Assembly (NCBI GenBank): GCA_021848545.1
Contig: JAJZUL010000014.1
Span: forward strand, 1,430 to 65,429
Direction of reading: 5' to 3'
Source: Pseudomonadota bacterium
GTDB taxonomy: Bacteria > Pseudomonadota > Alphaproteobacteria > Rhodospirillales > Magnetospirillaceae
Length of the DNA: 64,000 nucleotides
Shown: in pieces, positions 7,479 to 21,343 of the stretch
How positions within the stretch are numbered: position 1 is the stretch's first letter
Layout: the number at the start of each line of letters is the position of its first letter
Translations under genes and position numbers: made by a program
The notes under the pieces: generated by a model
The model's database searches: none
Seen by the model: only the letters and a program-made list of their open reading frames with translations
What the model was told of the DNA's origin: nothing

Positions 7479-8662
7479 GTGAAGCCTTTACCGATCTGGG
7501 CGTGTTCGAAAACGGGACATTGCGGCTGCTGCCCAGCGTTCATCCGCTGCCGTCCCTGTTGTCCATGGAGCCCAAGGCCGTCCTGGAGGGATTTCGCGAC
7601 AGCCAGCGGGACGATTTCCTGCGGGTGATCCGCGACATGGAACCGTCGCATTCGTCTCTCGGCCAATTGTTCTCCGGCTTGCGCGGGCAGGCGAGGGACG
7701 AGTCCTTGCTGTATCCGGCGGCGCTGGAAGCCCTGTTCCTGGATTTGCACGACCATGTCATGAGCCATCCGGTCTGGAGGCATCCGTTTTTTCTCAGGGT
7801 TTTCGCGGGCGATATCGATCGGCCGCAGGTCGAGCGCTTCCTGCTCCATTATTTCAACCAGATCAAGAACACGCGTCAATGCGTGGCGCTAACCATCGGT
7901 CGCTTCAACAGTCTGATGGAAATGCCGCTGGGGACGATCAACGAACGGGTATCGGAGATCACCCAGATCGCCTTGGCCCAGTTGGTGGCCGATGAGTACG
8001 GGGTGACGACCCATGCCATCGAGTCCTACCCCGAGCTTGGCCATCTGCTGCGGGCCCACACTCATATCGCCATGTACCGCCAGCTTTTGGATGGGCTGGG
8101 GATCGCCCGCGAGGCCCAGGATGTTCCCATGCTGCCCGAGGTGGCCGACAATGTCCTGACCCAGCGCCTGCTGGCCGGTCACCCGGCCTTTACGCCCCTG
8201 GAGGCGCTGGCCTCCACCGGACTGGGGATGGAGTGGGGCGTTCCGGAATTTTTCAGCCTGCTTCTGGGCGGGTTGATCCGGTTCGCCGTGCGCGAAAATC
8301 TGGCGCTGGGACATCATGAGCTGGAGGTGTTCATCGAACATGTGCGCTATGACGTGCTGCATGCGATTTCGGTGATGTTGGTGACGGCGTTGCACATGCA
8401 TGGCACAGACGATCTGGCCGCTGTCAAAGGGGCGTGCAACACGCTGATGGCCAGCCGCTTCGCCATGATGTCGGGCATCCATTCCGCCGTTTACGGCGAA
8501 CCCTGCGCCTCTCTGGAGGATATGGGGTTGGAGGGACGCTATCGCCTGCGCGACCGGCGGATCGCCCTGGCCCTGGTGGAGGCGAGACGATCCGTAGGGG
8601 GTGGGGTCGCCGATGCCTATCTTTACCGCAGCCGCAGTGGTACGCCCTTTCCGTTCGCGTGA
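7475..8662 (+). CDS. heme-oxygenase-like fold protein (iron-containing redox enzyme / PqqC-TenA-CADD-like), function unknown
   Basis: 395 aa, all-helical pattern with spaced acidic/His residues (ADEYG, HTHIAMY, GMEWGVPEF, IEHVRYDVLH). ATGA overlap with the upstream gene at 7475-7478. The family call comes from pattern recognition only. Confidence 0.55.
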   Translation: MSEAFTDLGVFENGTLRLLPSVHPLPSLLSMEPKAVLEGFRDSQRDDFLRVIRDMEPSHSSLGQLFSGLRGQARDESLLYPAALEALFLDLHDHVMSHPVWRHPFFLRVFAGDIDRPQVERFLLHYFNQIKNTRQCVALTIGRFNSLMEMPLGTINERVSEITQIALAQLVADEYGVTTHAIESYPELGHLLRAHTHIAMYRQLLDGLGIAREAQDVPMLPEVADNVLTQRLLAGHPAFTPLEALASTGLGMEWGVPEFFSLLLGGLIRFAVRENLALGHHELEVFIEHVRYDVLHAISVMLVTALHMHGTDDLAAVKGACNTLMASRFAMMSGIHSAVYGEPCASLEDMGLEGRYRLRDRRIALALVEARRSVGGGVADAYLYRSRSGTPFPFA

Positions 8663-8727
8663 GCTTGATGTCGGGCCGTCCCCGCACAAGCTTTTACGTG
8701 AGAGAGATTTTGCTGGGAGTGGAGAGA

Positions 8728-8928
8728 ATGTCGCAGGTTTATCTGGTGGCCGGCATGACCTGCCAGGGGTGCGCGCGCTCGGTGGAGGCGGCGATCAAGT
8801 ATGAATCGCCGAAGGCCGCGGTGAGCGTCGATCTGGGCTCCGCCCAGGTGACGGTGGACGGTGCCAGCGAGGATCAGGTCAAAAAAGCGGTGGGCGAGGC
8901 TGGATTCAGCTTTATCGGCCCGGCCTGA
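8728..8928 (+). CDS. copZ: heavy-metal-associated (HMA) domain metallochaperone, CopZ-like
   Basis: 66 aa with a GMTCQGC metal-binding motif and a beta-alpha-beta-beta-alpha-beta length. RBS GGAGAG lies upstream of ATG 8728. Confidence 0.8.
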   Translation: MSQVYLVAGMTCQGCARSVEAAIKYESPKAAVSVDLGSAQVTVDGASEDQVKKAVGEAGFSFIGPA

Positions 8929-9090
8929 TGAGACGGGGGCCGGCGGGTGACGGTGTAATACCAGCGACCGTAAGTCTTGACTTGCGGCCGCTGGTTCGGC
9001 CGCCATTGAGGCGGCGGCCAAGCGAGCGGATGCGAGCGCCCGGCGAGGGCCATAAGGCGGGTCAGTTTATTGAGCCGCCGGTATAAACCG

Positions 9091-10619
<1,529 letters not shown>

Positions 10620-10623
<4 letters not shown>

Positions 10624-12509
10624 GGTGCGGCGTTACCGTCCAGCTGGCTGGCATTGATGGTCACCCCGAATTGGTGTCGGAGACCGGCGACGAGCTGGTC
10701 GCTGAGGTCGCCGTCGAGCGTTTCCGCCAACCGGGCGTTTTCCGCCTTGACCGCTTCGGGGTGGGCTTTGGGGTGGAAGGCGATCACTTGTTTGAGGCGC
10801 GCAACCATCCAGCCGTTCGCGACGGGCGCGACGGCGACGCCGCCGACCTGATCGGCGAACATGGCGGCGATCAACGAATTCGGCAAAGACGCGTCGCCCA
10901 CGCCCTGGCGGCTGAAGGCGGGGGAAACCCGCGCGACGCCGCCCATCTCCCTGGCGATGGATGCGGCCGGCTGATTTTTGTCCGCCTTCAGTTTGGCGGC
11001 GATGGCCGTCGCCCGTTCGTGGGCTTCGCGCTGGCGTTGTTCGGCCGTCCACCCGGCGATGACCGCCGCCTTGACCGTGGCGAGGGGCTTGGGGGCCGGC
11101 GGGATGATTTTGTCCACCTCGAGGATGAACGAGCCGTCATTGCCGTTGTCGGTCAAATCGCTTTGTTGGCCTTGCGGCGCCTGGAAGGCCGTCCGCAGGA
11201 AGGCGCCGGCCCTGTCGGGAAGGTTCGCCACCTTTTTTCCCTGGGGGTCGAAGCCCTGGGCGTTGACGGCGGGAATGGCGAGCAGGGTCAAATGGAAGTG
11301 TTTTGCCGTTTGGGCGAGGGTGGCCCCGCCGCCCAGCATGTCCTGGACATTGTCGGACAGGGTGTTGAGCAGGGGACCGGCCTTGTTCCGCTTCACGTCG
11401 GCGATCACCTTGTCGCGCACCTGGGCCAGGGTGACGGTCTTGGCCGGAATGATGTCGGTGACTTCGGTCACATGCCACCCGAGGCTGGTCTTGACGGGTT
11501 TACCGACGACGTTCCTGGCCTGGGAAAACACCGCCTTGCCCAGGGCCGGAGCCAATTCGGCCTGCGTCACCGTGCCCAGGTCCAGAACCTGGACGCCGAG
11601 CGCGGTGGCGATCTGGGACAAGGTCTTGTGCCGGCCGACCAGAGCGGTGGCCTTGGCCGCCTCTTTCGCCGAGGGCAGCAGGATCTGGCGCACCTGCCGG
11701 CGTTCCGGCTTATCGAATTCGCCCTGACGCTCGAGAAACGCCTCCTTGATCATGGCGTCGGTCACCTTGACCTTGTTCTCGACGTTTTTCGGTTGCAGCA
11801 GCAGGGCCTGGATCGATCGGTATTCGGGAGCCATATAGTGCGATAGATGGGCCTTGTAATAAGCCGCCAGCGTCTTTTCGCCGGGGGCGGCCGGTGTCGG
11901 CACGGCCGAATTCTTGACGAGGATGGTCTCCGCCACCCGCCGTTCCTGATCGTGGCGGACCAACGCGTCGGTCAGGTCGGCCGGAATCACCATGCCGCCG
12001 CCGAGGGCCGCGGCCATTTGGTCGCGCAGCATGGAGTGCTTCTGTTCGGCGATGAAGGCGTCCTCGGTCAATCCCATGCGATCGAGGGCGGCATCAAGAC
12101 GCCCCTTGTCGAACTGGCCCTGGGCGTTGCGCAAAGAGGGGTCGGCGGCGATGGCGTCGACCGCGGTCTTGGTGGTGATCACCAGACCCAGTTGACGGCC
12201 GGCCTCGTCGATCAGAGCGCGCACGACCAGGGAGTCGATGGCACGGTTCATCAGGCCCAATTTGCGTGCCGTCGCTTCGGTCAGCTTTCCGCCGAACATC
12301 GGCTGCAGACGGTCCATCTCGCGTTTGAACTCGGCATGCACCGCGTCCGCCGAGATCGCCGTGCCGCCGACGGTGATGGCGGGACCGCCGCTGAAGACGT
12401 GACCGTTGATGAAGTCGCCGATGCCCCAAAAGACGAAGCCCATGGTCAACAGAGCCATCAGGATCTTGACGACCCAGGTCTTGGAGGCTTTGCGCATTAA
12501 GTCGAGCAT
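10620..12509 (-). CDS. ppiD: periplasmic chaperone / peptidyl-prolyl isomerase PpiD-like (SurA_N + rotamase)
   Basis: N-terminus MLDLMRKASKTWVVKILMALLTMGFVFWGIGDF is the typical PpiD membrane anchor. Start at 12509. The stop overlaps the trpE start (ATGA at 10620-10623). Confidence 0.85.
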
Positions 12510-12843
12510 GGCGGGCTTACCGTGCTGGTGGTCGATGGGGTGATGGTATCCCGGGCGACCGGGGCGGAACCGGGGTCCAAAGGGCGCTTTGATATCCCCA
12601 CGATTCCGGCGCGGCATCATAGGGGGCGGTCATTCCCCCCGCAACAGGCGAATCCCCCGAAGTCCAAGTGACGACACGAAAATACAGCATCGCGGCGTGA
12701 AATGCCTTGCGTCGGCGGACCTGGTCGTTTTTAATCTTTTTCAACGCTGGAGCGCACCGGGTCGGGCGCTCCGGTCAAGACTGCGCCGCTGAACGAGCGC
12801 GTCATAGACATTCATCGGGTTGGCACCTTTAAGGATTGAATAC

Positions 12844-13245
12844 ATGGCCGGACTCCCGCTTTACATCCTGCTCGCCTCGGGCGAGCATGAAAAAATTCAG
12901 CTTGCCGCGATGATCGCCTCGGTGGGGGCGGTGTCGGATCGGCCTGTGGAAGTATTCGTCAGCATGGACGCGTTGCCGGCATTCCGGCGTGATATCGAGC
13001 CCGCCGAGCGCTATCACGGCGGCCCGCTACACGAAACCTTCATGACCTCCAAGGTTCCCGATGCCATGGAATTGTTTTCCAATGGGCGCATGCTCGGCGA
13101 TCTCAAGATGTGGGCCTGCGCTCTCATTTTGGATCTGCACCATTGGGAGGTCGAAAAAGACCTGGTTGAGGGATTGTTCGACGGTCCCGCCGGTCTGACC
13201 GTGTTTTTGGCCTCCGCCGAAGGCGGCCAGTTGATCACCATTTGA
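12844..13245 (+). CDS. DsrE/DsrF-like (DrsE_2 type) sulfur-relay family protein
   Basis: About 133 aa. LYILLASGEHEK..., a conserved Cys in MWACALILDL, and the tail GLTVFLASAEGGQLITI are typical of the DsrE-like 'peroxiredoxin family' proteins encoded next to TusA. ATG 12844 is preferred over TTG 12820. Confidence 0.65.
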   Translation: MAGLPLYILLASGEHEKIQLAAMIASVGAVSDRPVEVFVSMDALPAFRRDIEPAERYHGGPLHETFMTSKVPDAMELFSNGRMLGDLKMWACALILDLHHWEVEKDLVEGLFDGPAGLTVFLASAEGGQLITI

Positions 13246-13261
13246 CACAGGTATACACGTT

Positions 13262-13492
13262 ATGAGTGAACGCCAAAAAATCGACGCCCGCGGGGCATTC
13301 TGTCCCGGTCCCCTGATGGAACTGATCGCCGCTCTCAAGCTGGCTCAGGTCGGTGAGGAAATCGAGGTTCTGTCGTCGGACAAGGGGTCGGCCGCCGATA
13401 TTCCGGCCTGGGTCGCCAAGGTGGGCCACGTTCATGTCGGCACCACCGAACAGGACGGCTGCTGGACCATCATCGTTCGCAAGGCGAAGTGA
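13262..13492 (+). CDS. tusA: TusA-like sulfurtransferase
   Basis: 76 aa with the diagnostic DARGxxCPxP motif (DARGAFCPGP). Confidence 0.85.
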   Translation: MSERQKIDARGAFCPGPLMELIAALKLAQVGEEIEVLSSDKGSAADIPAWVAKVGHVHVGTTEQDGCWTIIVRKAK

Positions 13493-13514
13493 TCCGCCCT
13501 GATCCGAGGGACGG

Positions 13515-13592
13515 CTTTGATCAAAGGCGTGGCAAACACGCCGAATGCAAGGGCGTGGAAAATCGCCCGATACCAAGACGTGGAAAACACGC
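13515..13592. promoter_or_regulatory. candidate operator region: 12-bp palindrome plus three phased 15-nt repeats
   Basis: CTTTGATCAAAG (13515-13526). Then CGTGGCAAACACGCC (13528), CGTGGAAAATCGCCC (13554) and CGTGGAAAACACGCA (13579), spaced 25-26 bp apart and each partly palindromic. The region lies in the 164-bp gap upstream of the SQR-like gene. Confidence 0.4.
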
Positions 13593-13656
13593 AGGTGAGT
13601 TCGCATAGGGGCGCCGCGCCCGTGCGGTCGCTCTCATATGGCCAAGGGAGGTCTTC

Positions 13657-14796
13657 ATGTCGAAAAGGATAGTGATCGTCGGTGGCGGGTTGGCCGGCAC
13701 CATCGTGGCAAACGGTGTATGCCGCCAGTTGGGGAACGAGTTGCGGAGCGGTGGCGTTTCGGTGACCATGTTGGGGACCTCCGAAACCCACATGTATCAG
13801 CCCGGACTCCTCTATGTGCCGTTCGGCAAGATCCGTGAGGCCGAGCTTTTTCGCGACCAGCGCCGCGTGCTTGATCGCCGGGTCAATTTCATGATCGATC
13901 CCGCCAAGAAGATCGACGTGGACGCCAATCAGGTGGAAACGGCGAGCGGTCGCATCATCGGTTACGATTATCTGGTGCTGGCCACGGGGTCGCGCATCAT
14001 GCCGCAGAACATTCCGGGAATGACCGAGGCCGGACATTGGTTCTACGATCTCGACGGTGCCCGCAAGCTGCGTGAAGCCTTGGACAATTTCACCGGCGGC
14101 GAAGTGGTGGTCAACGTCAACGCTCCCCACAAATGTCCGGTCGCGCCCCTCGAAATCACCTTCATGCTCTATGAATACTTCAAGGCGAAGGGGATCGGCG
14201 ACAAGTGCAAGATCACTTACACTTATCCCATCGGTCGGCTGCATGCGCTGGAGCCGGTCGCCCATTGGGCGGGGCCGGAGTTCGAGCGTTACGGCATCAA
14301 ATCCGAAACCTTTTTCAACACCGAATCGGTCGATCCCGCCAAGAAGACCATCAAGTCGATGGAAGGGGTGGAGTTGCCCTTCGATCTTCTGATCACCATT
14401 CCGCCCCATGCCGGCGCCGAGGTGATCACCGATTCCGATCTTGGCAAGGGCGGTTGGGTCCCCACCAACACCCGCACTTTGCAGCGGGAAGGGTCGACCA
14501 ACGTCTTCGTTTGCGGGGATACCACCAACATCCCCATTTCCAAGGCCGGTTCGACCGCCCATTTCGAGGCCGATGTGCTGATCGACAATCTGGTGTCGCT
14601 GGTGCAGGAAGGCCGTCCCGCCCGGGAATATGACGGCAAGGTGTTCTGCTTCGTCGAAACCGGGATGAATTCCGGAACCTATGTGTGGTTCAATTACACG
14701 ACGCCGCCCAATCCCGGACCGCCGTCGCAAATGATCCATTGGTTCAAGCTGGCCTATAACCGACTGTACTGGTTGTCCGCCCGCGGCCTGCTGTGA
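13657..14796 (+). CDS. sulfide:quinone oxidoreductase-like FAD-dependent pyridine nucleotide-disulfide oxidoreductase
   Basis: N-terminal Rossmann motif IVIVGGGLAG, HKCPVAPLE, and VFVCGD near the C-terminal FAD motif. Length 379 aa. RBS AAGGGAGG. Confidence 0.8.
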   Translation: MSKRIVIVGGGLAGTIVANGVCRQLGNELRSGGVSVTMLGTSETHMYQPGLLYVPFGKIREAELFRDQRRVLDRRVNFMIDPAKKIDVDANQVETASGRIIGYDYLVLATGSRIMPQNIPGMTEAGHWFYDLDGARKLREALDNFTGGEVVVNVNAPHKCPVAPLEITFMLYEYFKAKGIGDKCKITYTYPIGRLHALEPVAHWAGPEFERYGIKSETFFNTESVDPAKKTIKSMEGVELPFDLLITIPPHAGAEVITDSDLGKGGWVPTNTRTLQREGSTNVFVCGDTTNIPISKAGSTAHFEADVLIDNLVSLVQEGRPAREYDGKVFCFVETGMNSGTYVWFNYTTPPNPGPPSQMIHWFKLAYNRLYWLSARGLL

Positions 14797-14809
14797 CGGG
14801 AGGAGCATC

Positions 14810-15352
14810 ATGACCGAGACATCTGCAAACGCCGATGCCGCCGCTCAGTTCCTTCGCTTAGGCAACGCCGTCGTCGACGCGATGACCGATACCATGGTCG
14901 AGCGTTTGACGGGGACGGCGGGGAACGCCCTGGAACTGGTCGATAAGCTGAACGATCCCGATGTGCGCGAGGGGGTGTCCTCCCTGCTTGACGCGGTGGG
15001 GACCATGCATCGAACCGGCGTACTGACCACGATCGTCGAATTGCTGACTTTGGTTCACGCGGCCCGGTCGGCGGCCACCGACTCCATGGTCGAGCGCGCT
15101 TTCGCCTTCGTCGAGCACATGGTGAACACCGTGGGCACGGAGGATATCGGCACTCTTGCCTATGAGGCCAAGAGCGCCATGGAGGATGCCGTCGACATTT
15201 GCGGCATTCCCGCCTCCGGCGGCGGGCTGTGGGGAACCGTGCGTCTTCTCACCCAACCCCAAACCCAGGAAGCGTTGCGATTCGTGCTCTCCTTCGCCTG
15301 CGCCTTGCGCAAGCGGTCGGTGTTCATGTCCAAAACGCCGACGCCCTCCTGA
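14810..15352 (+). CDS. DUF1641 domain protein
   Basis: 180 aa, helical, immediately downstream of the SQR-like gene with RBS GGGAGGAG. This pairing with NADH-dehydrogenase/SQR-family genes is the usual DUF1641 context (from memory). Confidence 0.6.
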   Translation: MTETSANADAAAQFLRLGNAVVDAMTDTMVERLTGTAGNALELVDKLNDPDVREGVSSLLDAVGTMHRTGVLTTIVELLTLVHAARSAATDSMVERAFAFVEHMVNTVGTEDIGTLAYEAKSAMEDAVDICGIPASGGGLWGTVRLLTQPQTQEALRFVLSFACALRKRSVFMSKTPTPS

Positions 15353-15401
15353 TTTCGGCCTCCCCGGGGTGACGTATCCCGGAAGGATGTGCTATCTCCT
15401 G

Positions 15402-15440
15402 GACCATGCTGCGACCAGATCGCAGCATGGTCTAATTTTT
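15402..15440 (+). terminator. rho-independent terminator candidate
   Basis: 13-bp perfect stem GACCATGCTGCGA / TCGCAGCATGGTC with a 5-nt loop, followed by TAATTTTT. Confidence 0.6.
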
Positions 15441-15488
15441 AGCCGTGTTTAATTGCGGAACCACGGCAATTCGGGAGATTTCTAGGTC

Positions 15489-16250
15489 ATGATGAACAGA
15501 CGCCCGCTGATCGCCGGCAACTGGAAAATGAACGGTCTGAGCACCGGGGGATTGGCGTTGGCGACGGGGATCGCGGCGAAGCGCAAGGCGGCTCCCGATG
15601 TGCCGTGTGATCTGTTGATCTGCCCGCCCTTCACTTTGATCAGCGACGTCGCCAAGGCGGTTGCGGGTTCCGGGATCGCGGTCGGCGGGCAGGATTGCCA
15701 TGCCAAGGTGTCGGGCGCCCATACCGGCGACATCGCCGCTGAAATGCTTAAGGATGTCGGGTGTTCCCACGTCATCGTCGGCCATTCCGAGCGCCGTACC
15801 GATCACGGCGAAACCGACGCCATCGTCAAGGCCAAAGCCGGCGCGGCGTTGGCCGCCGGTCTGGCGGCGGTCATTTGCATCGGCGAGACCTTGGCGCAAC
15901 GCGAGGCCGGCGAAACCTTCGCCGTCAATCGCGCCCAGCTGGCGGGGTCGCTTCCGGACGGCGCCACCGCCGCCAATGTGGTGATCGCCTATGAGCCGGT
16001 CTGGGCGATCGGAACCGGCCGGGTGGCGACGCCCGATCAGGCTCAGGAGGTTCATGCGGTGATTCGGGCCGCGTTGCAGGAGCGGTTGGGGGCGGCGGAA
16101 GCCGGCGCCATGCGGATTTTGTATGGTGGATCGATGAAACCCGATAATGCCCGCGAGCTTCTCGGTTTGCCGGATGTCGATGGCGGTCTGATCGGCGGCG
16201 CGTCGCTCAAGGTCGAGGACTTCTGGGCCATCGCCAGCGCGTCGGCCTGA
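15489..16250 (+). CDS. tpiA: triose-phosphate isomerase
   Basis: [32 protein letters not shown] motifs. Confidence 0.95.
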   Translation: MMNRRPLIAGNWKMNGLSTGGLALATGIAAKRKAAPDVPCDLLICPPFTLISDVAKAVAGSGIAVGGQDCHAKVSGAHTGDIAAEMLKDVGCSHVIVGHSERRTDHGETDAIVKAKAGAALAAGLAAVICIGETLAQREAGETFAVNRAQLAGSLPDGATAANVVIAYEPVWAIGTGRVATPDQAQEVHAVIRAALQERLGAAEAGAMRILYGGSMKPDNARELLGLPDVDGGLIGGASLKVEDFWAIASASA

Positions 16251-16315
16251 CCGTTTGGGACGGGGTCGCGTGCGTCGGCCCCGTTTCCGTCCGTATACCG
16301 GGAAGTTGGCGTCGG

Positions 16316-16466
16316 CCCGAATTTCTCGCATATGCACCGATTTGACGGGGACGAATTGCCGGCGTTGCGGCCATTGCCAAGGCGTCCGGCCTTGACGGCG
16401 GGCCGCCACTTGGCGCTTCGGCTCCCCGAAACGCGATCAAATCGGTGCACGTGTGAGAAATTCGGG
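16316..16466 (+). repeat. 30-bp imperfect inverted repeat flanking a 91-bp spacer (long stem-loop or MITE-like)
   Basis: CCCGAATTTCTCGCATATGCACCGATTTGA (16316-16345) against TCAAATCGGTGCACGTGTGAGAAATTCGGG (16437-16466): 27/30 complementary. An inner CGGGGA/TCCCCG pairing extends the stem. Confidence 0.7.
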
Positions 16467-16586
16467 CTAGCCATCCCGCGCTGGGCAGACTAAAAACGCC
16501 TCAAACCGGCCTGGAACGTGTCCTGGCGCGGACGCTGGGTGGGGCCGGAACCGGCCTGTCATATCGCTCGCTGTTGGTGTCGCCTC

Positions 16587-16940
16587 ATGAATTTTTTTCC
16601 CATTCTTCTGGTCATCCATCTGCTGCTCGCCATCGCCCTGGTCGGTGTCGTGCTGTTGCAGCGCTCGGAGGGCGGCGCATTGGGAATGGGGGGCGGTGGC
16701 GGCGGTCTGCTGACCGGGCAAGCCGCGGGCAATCTGCTGACCCGGACGACGGCGATTCTGGCGGGGGCATTCTTCCTGACCAGTTTGGGCCTGGCTATTC
16801 TCGCCAATCACCAGTCGCAGGCGCCATCGCCGTTCGATCAGGTGCCGGTGACGACGCCGGCCGCCGCCAAGGCCGAGGCGACGAAGGCGAAGGCGCCCGC
16901 CAAGACGCCGGCGCTGCCGAGCGCTCCGCTCGCGCGCTGA
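16587..16940 (+). CDS. secG: preprotein translocase subunit SecG
   Basis: MNFFPILLVIHLLLAIALVGVVLLQRSEGG... and GNLLTRTTAILAGAFFLTSL are the classic SecG pattern. The tpiA-secG-pyrG context also fits. Confidence 0.9.
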   Translation: MNFFPILLVIHLLLAIALVGVVLLQRSEGGALGMGGGGGGLLTGQAAGNLLTRTTAILAGAFFLTSLGLAILANHQSQAPSPFDQVPVTTPAAAKAEATKAKAPAKTPALPSAPLAR

Positions 16941-16987
16941 AGCCGGACGGGATATGCCGCGGGGGGATTGACCGCGGTCGCCCATGA

Positions 16988-18643
<1,656 letters not shown>

Positions 18644-18650
18644 CCCGATC

Positions 18651-20821
<2,171 letters not shown>

Positions 20822-20953
20822 GCCGGCGCGGGTGTAGGAAATCCGAATCAAAGTGAGTCTTTCCGGTAACAGGTCGGGGCGATTGTGCGAAAAAAACGCA
20901 TTTCGCCTTGTCGATCTGTTGACCGCCTGAATCGGCTGTGATTCCATCTGGTC

Positions 20954-21310
20954 ATGTTGAATGACCTGCGCCGCCGTTTTCACCATGTCATGGGGCCGAT
21001 GATCGCCTTTTCGGCCGTCGTCTACTTCGCCTATCACACGATCGAGGGCGATCGCGGCGTGCTGGCCTGGCTGCGGCTCAAAACCGAAATCGCCAATGCC
21101 GAAGTCAAGCTGGCGACTTTGGACGCTCAGCGCCAGGAGCTTCAGCATCGGGTCGCCCTGCTGCGTCCCAAGAGTCTTGACCCGGATCTTCTGGGCGAAC
21201 GCGCCCTGGCCATGCTCGATCTGGGGCAGCCCGGCGATATCGTGGTGTTCTACAAGCACCCGGCGCCCACGGGTGGAAAGCTGGCTGTGGACCATCCGGC
21301 CGCTCATTAG
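20954..21310 (+). CDS. ftsB: septum formation initiator family protein (FtsB/DivIC-like)
   Basis: N-terminal TM (MIAFSAVVYFAY), a coiled-coil segment, and LLGERAL. Conserved eno-ftsB-pdhA context. The stop TAG lies inside a repeat palindrome. Confidence 0.8.
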   Translation: MLNDLRRRFHHVMGPMIAFSAVVYFAYHTIEGDRGVLAWLRLKTEIANAEVKLATLDAQRQELQHRVALLRPKSLDPDLLGERALAMLDLGQPGDIVVFYKHPAPTGGKLAVDHPAAH

Positions 21311-21343
21311 AGCGCGATGCCCTAAATGAGCATCACGCTCTAA
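21307..21343. repeat. minimal palindromic version of the mosaic element termini
   Basis: TTAGAGCGCGATGC (21307-21320) pairs with GCATCACGCTCTAA (21330-21343). It matches the ...CATCGCGCTCTAG ends of the 6421-6560 and 47976-48125 elements. Confidence 0.65.

Noticed and set aside
12818-12835. TGGCAC motif upstream of the DsrE-like gene as a sigma-54 promoter
   Set aside because: The required TTGC element at the -12 spacing is absent (the sequence is TGGCACCTTTAAGGATT).
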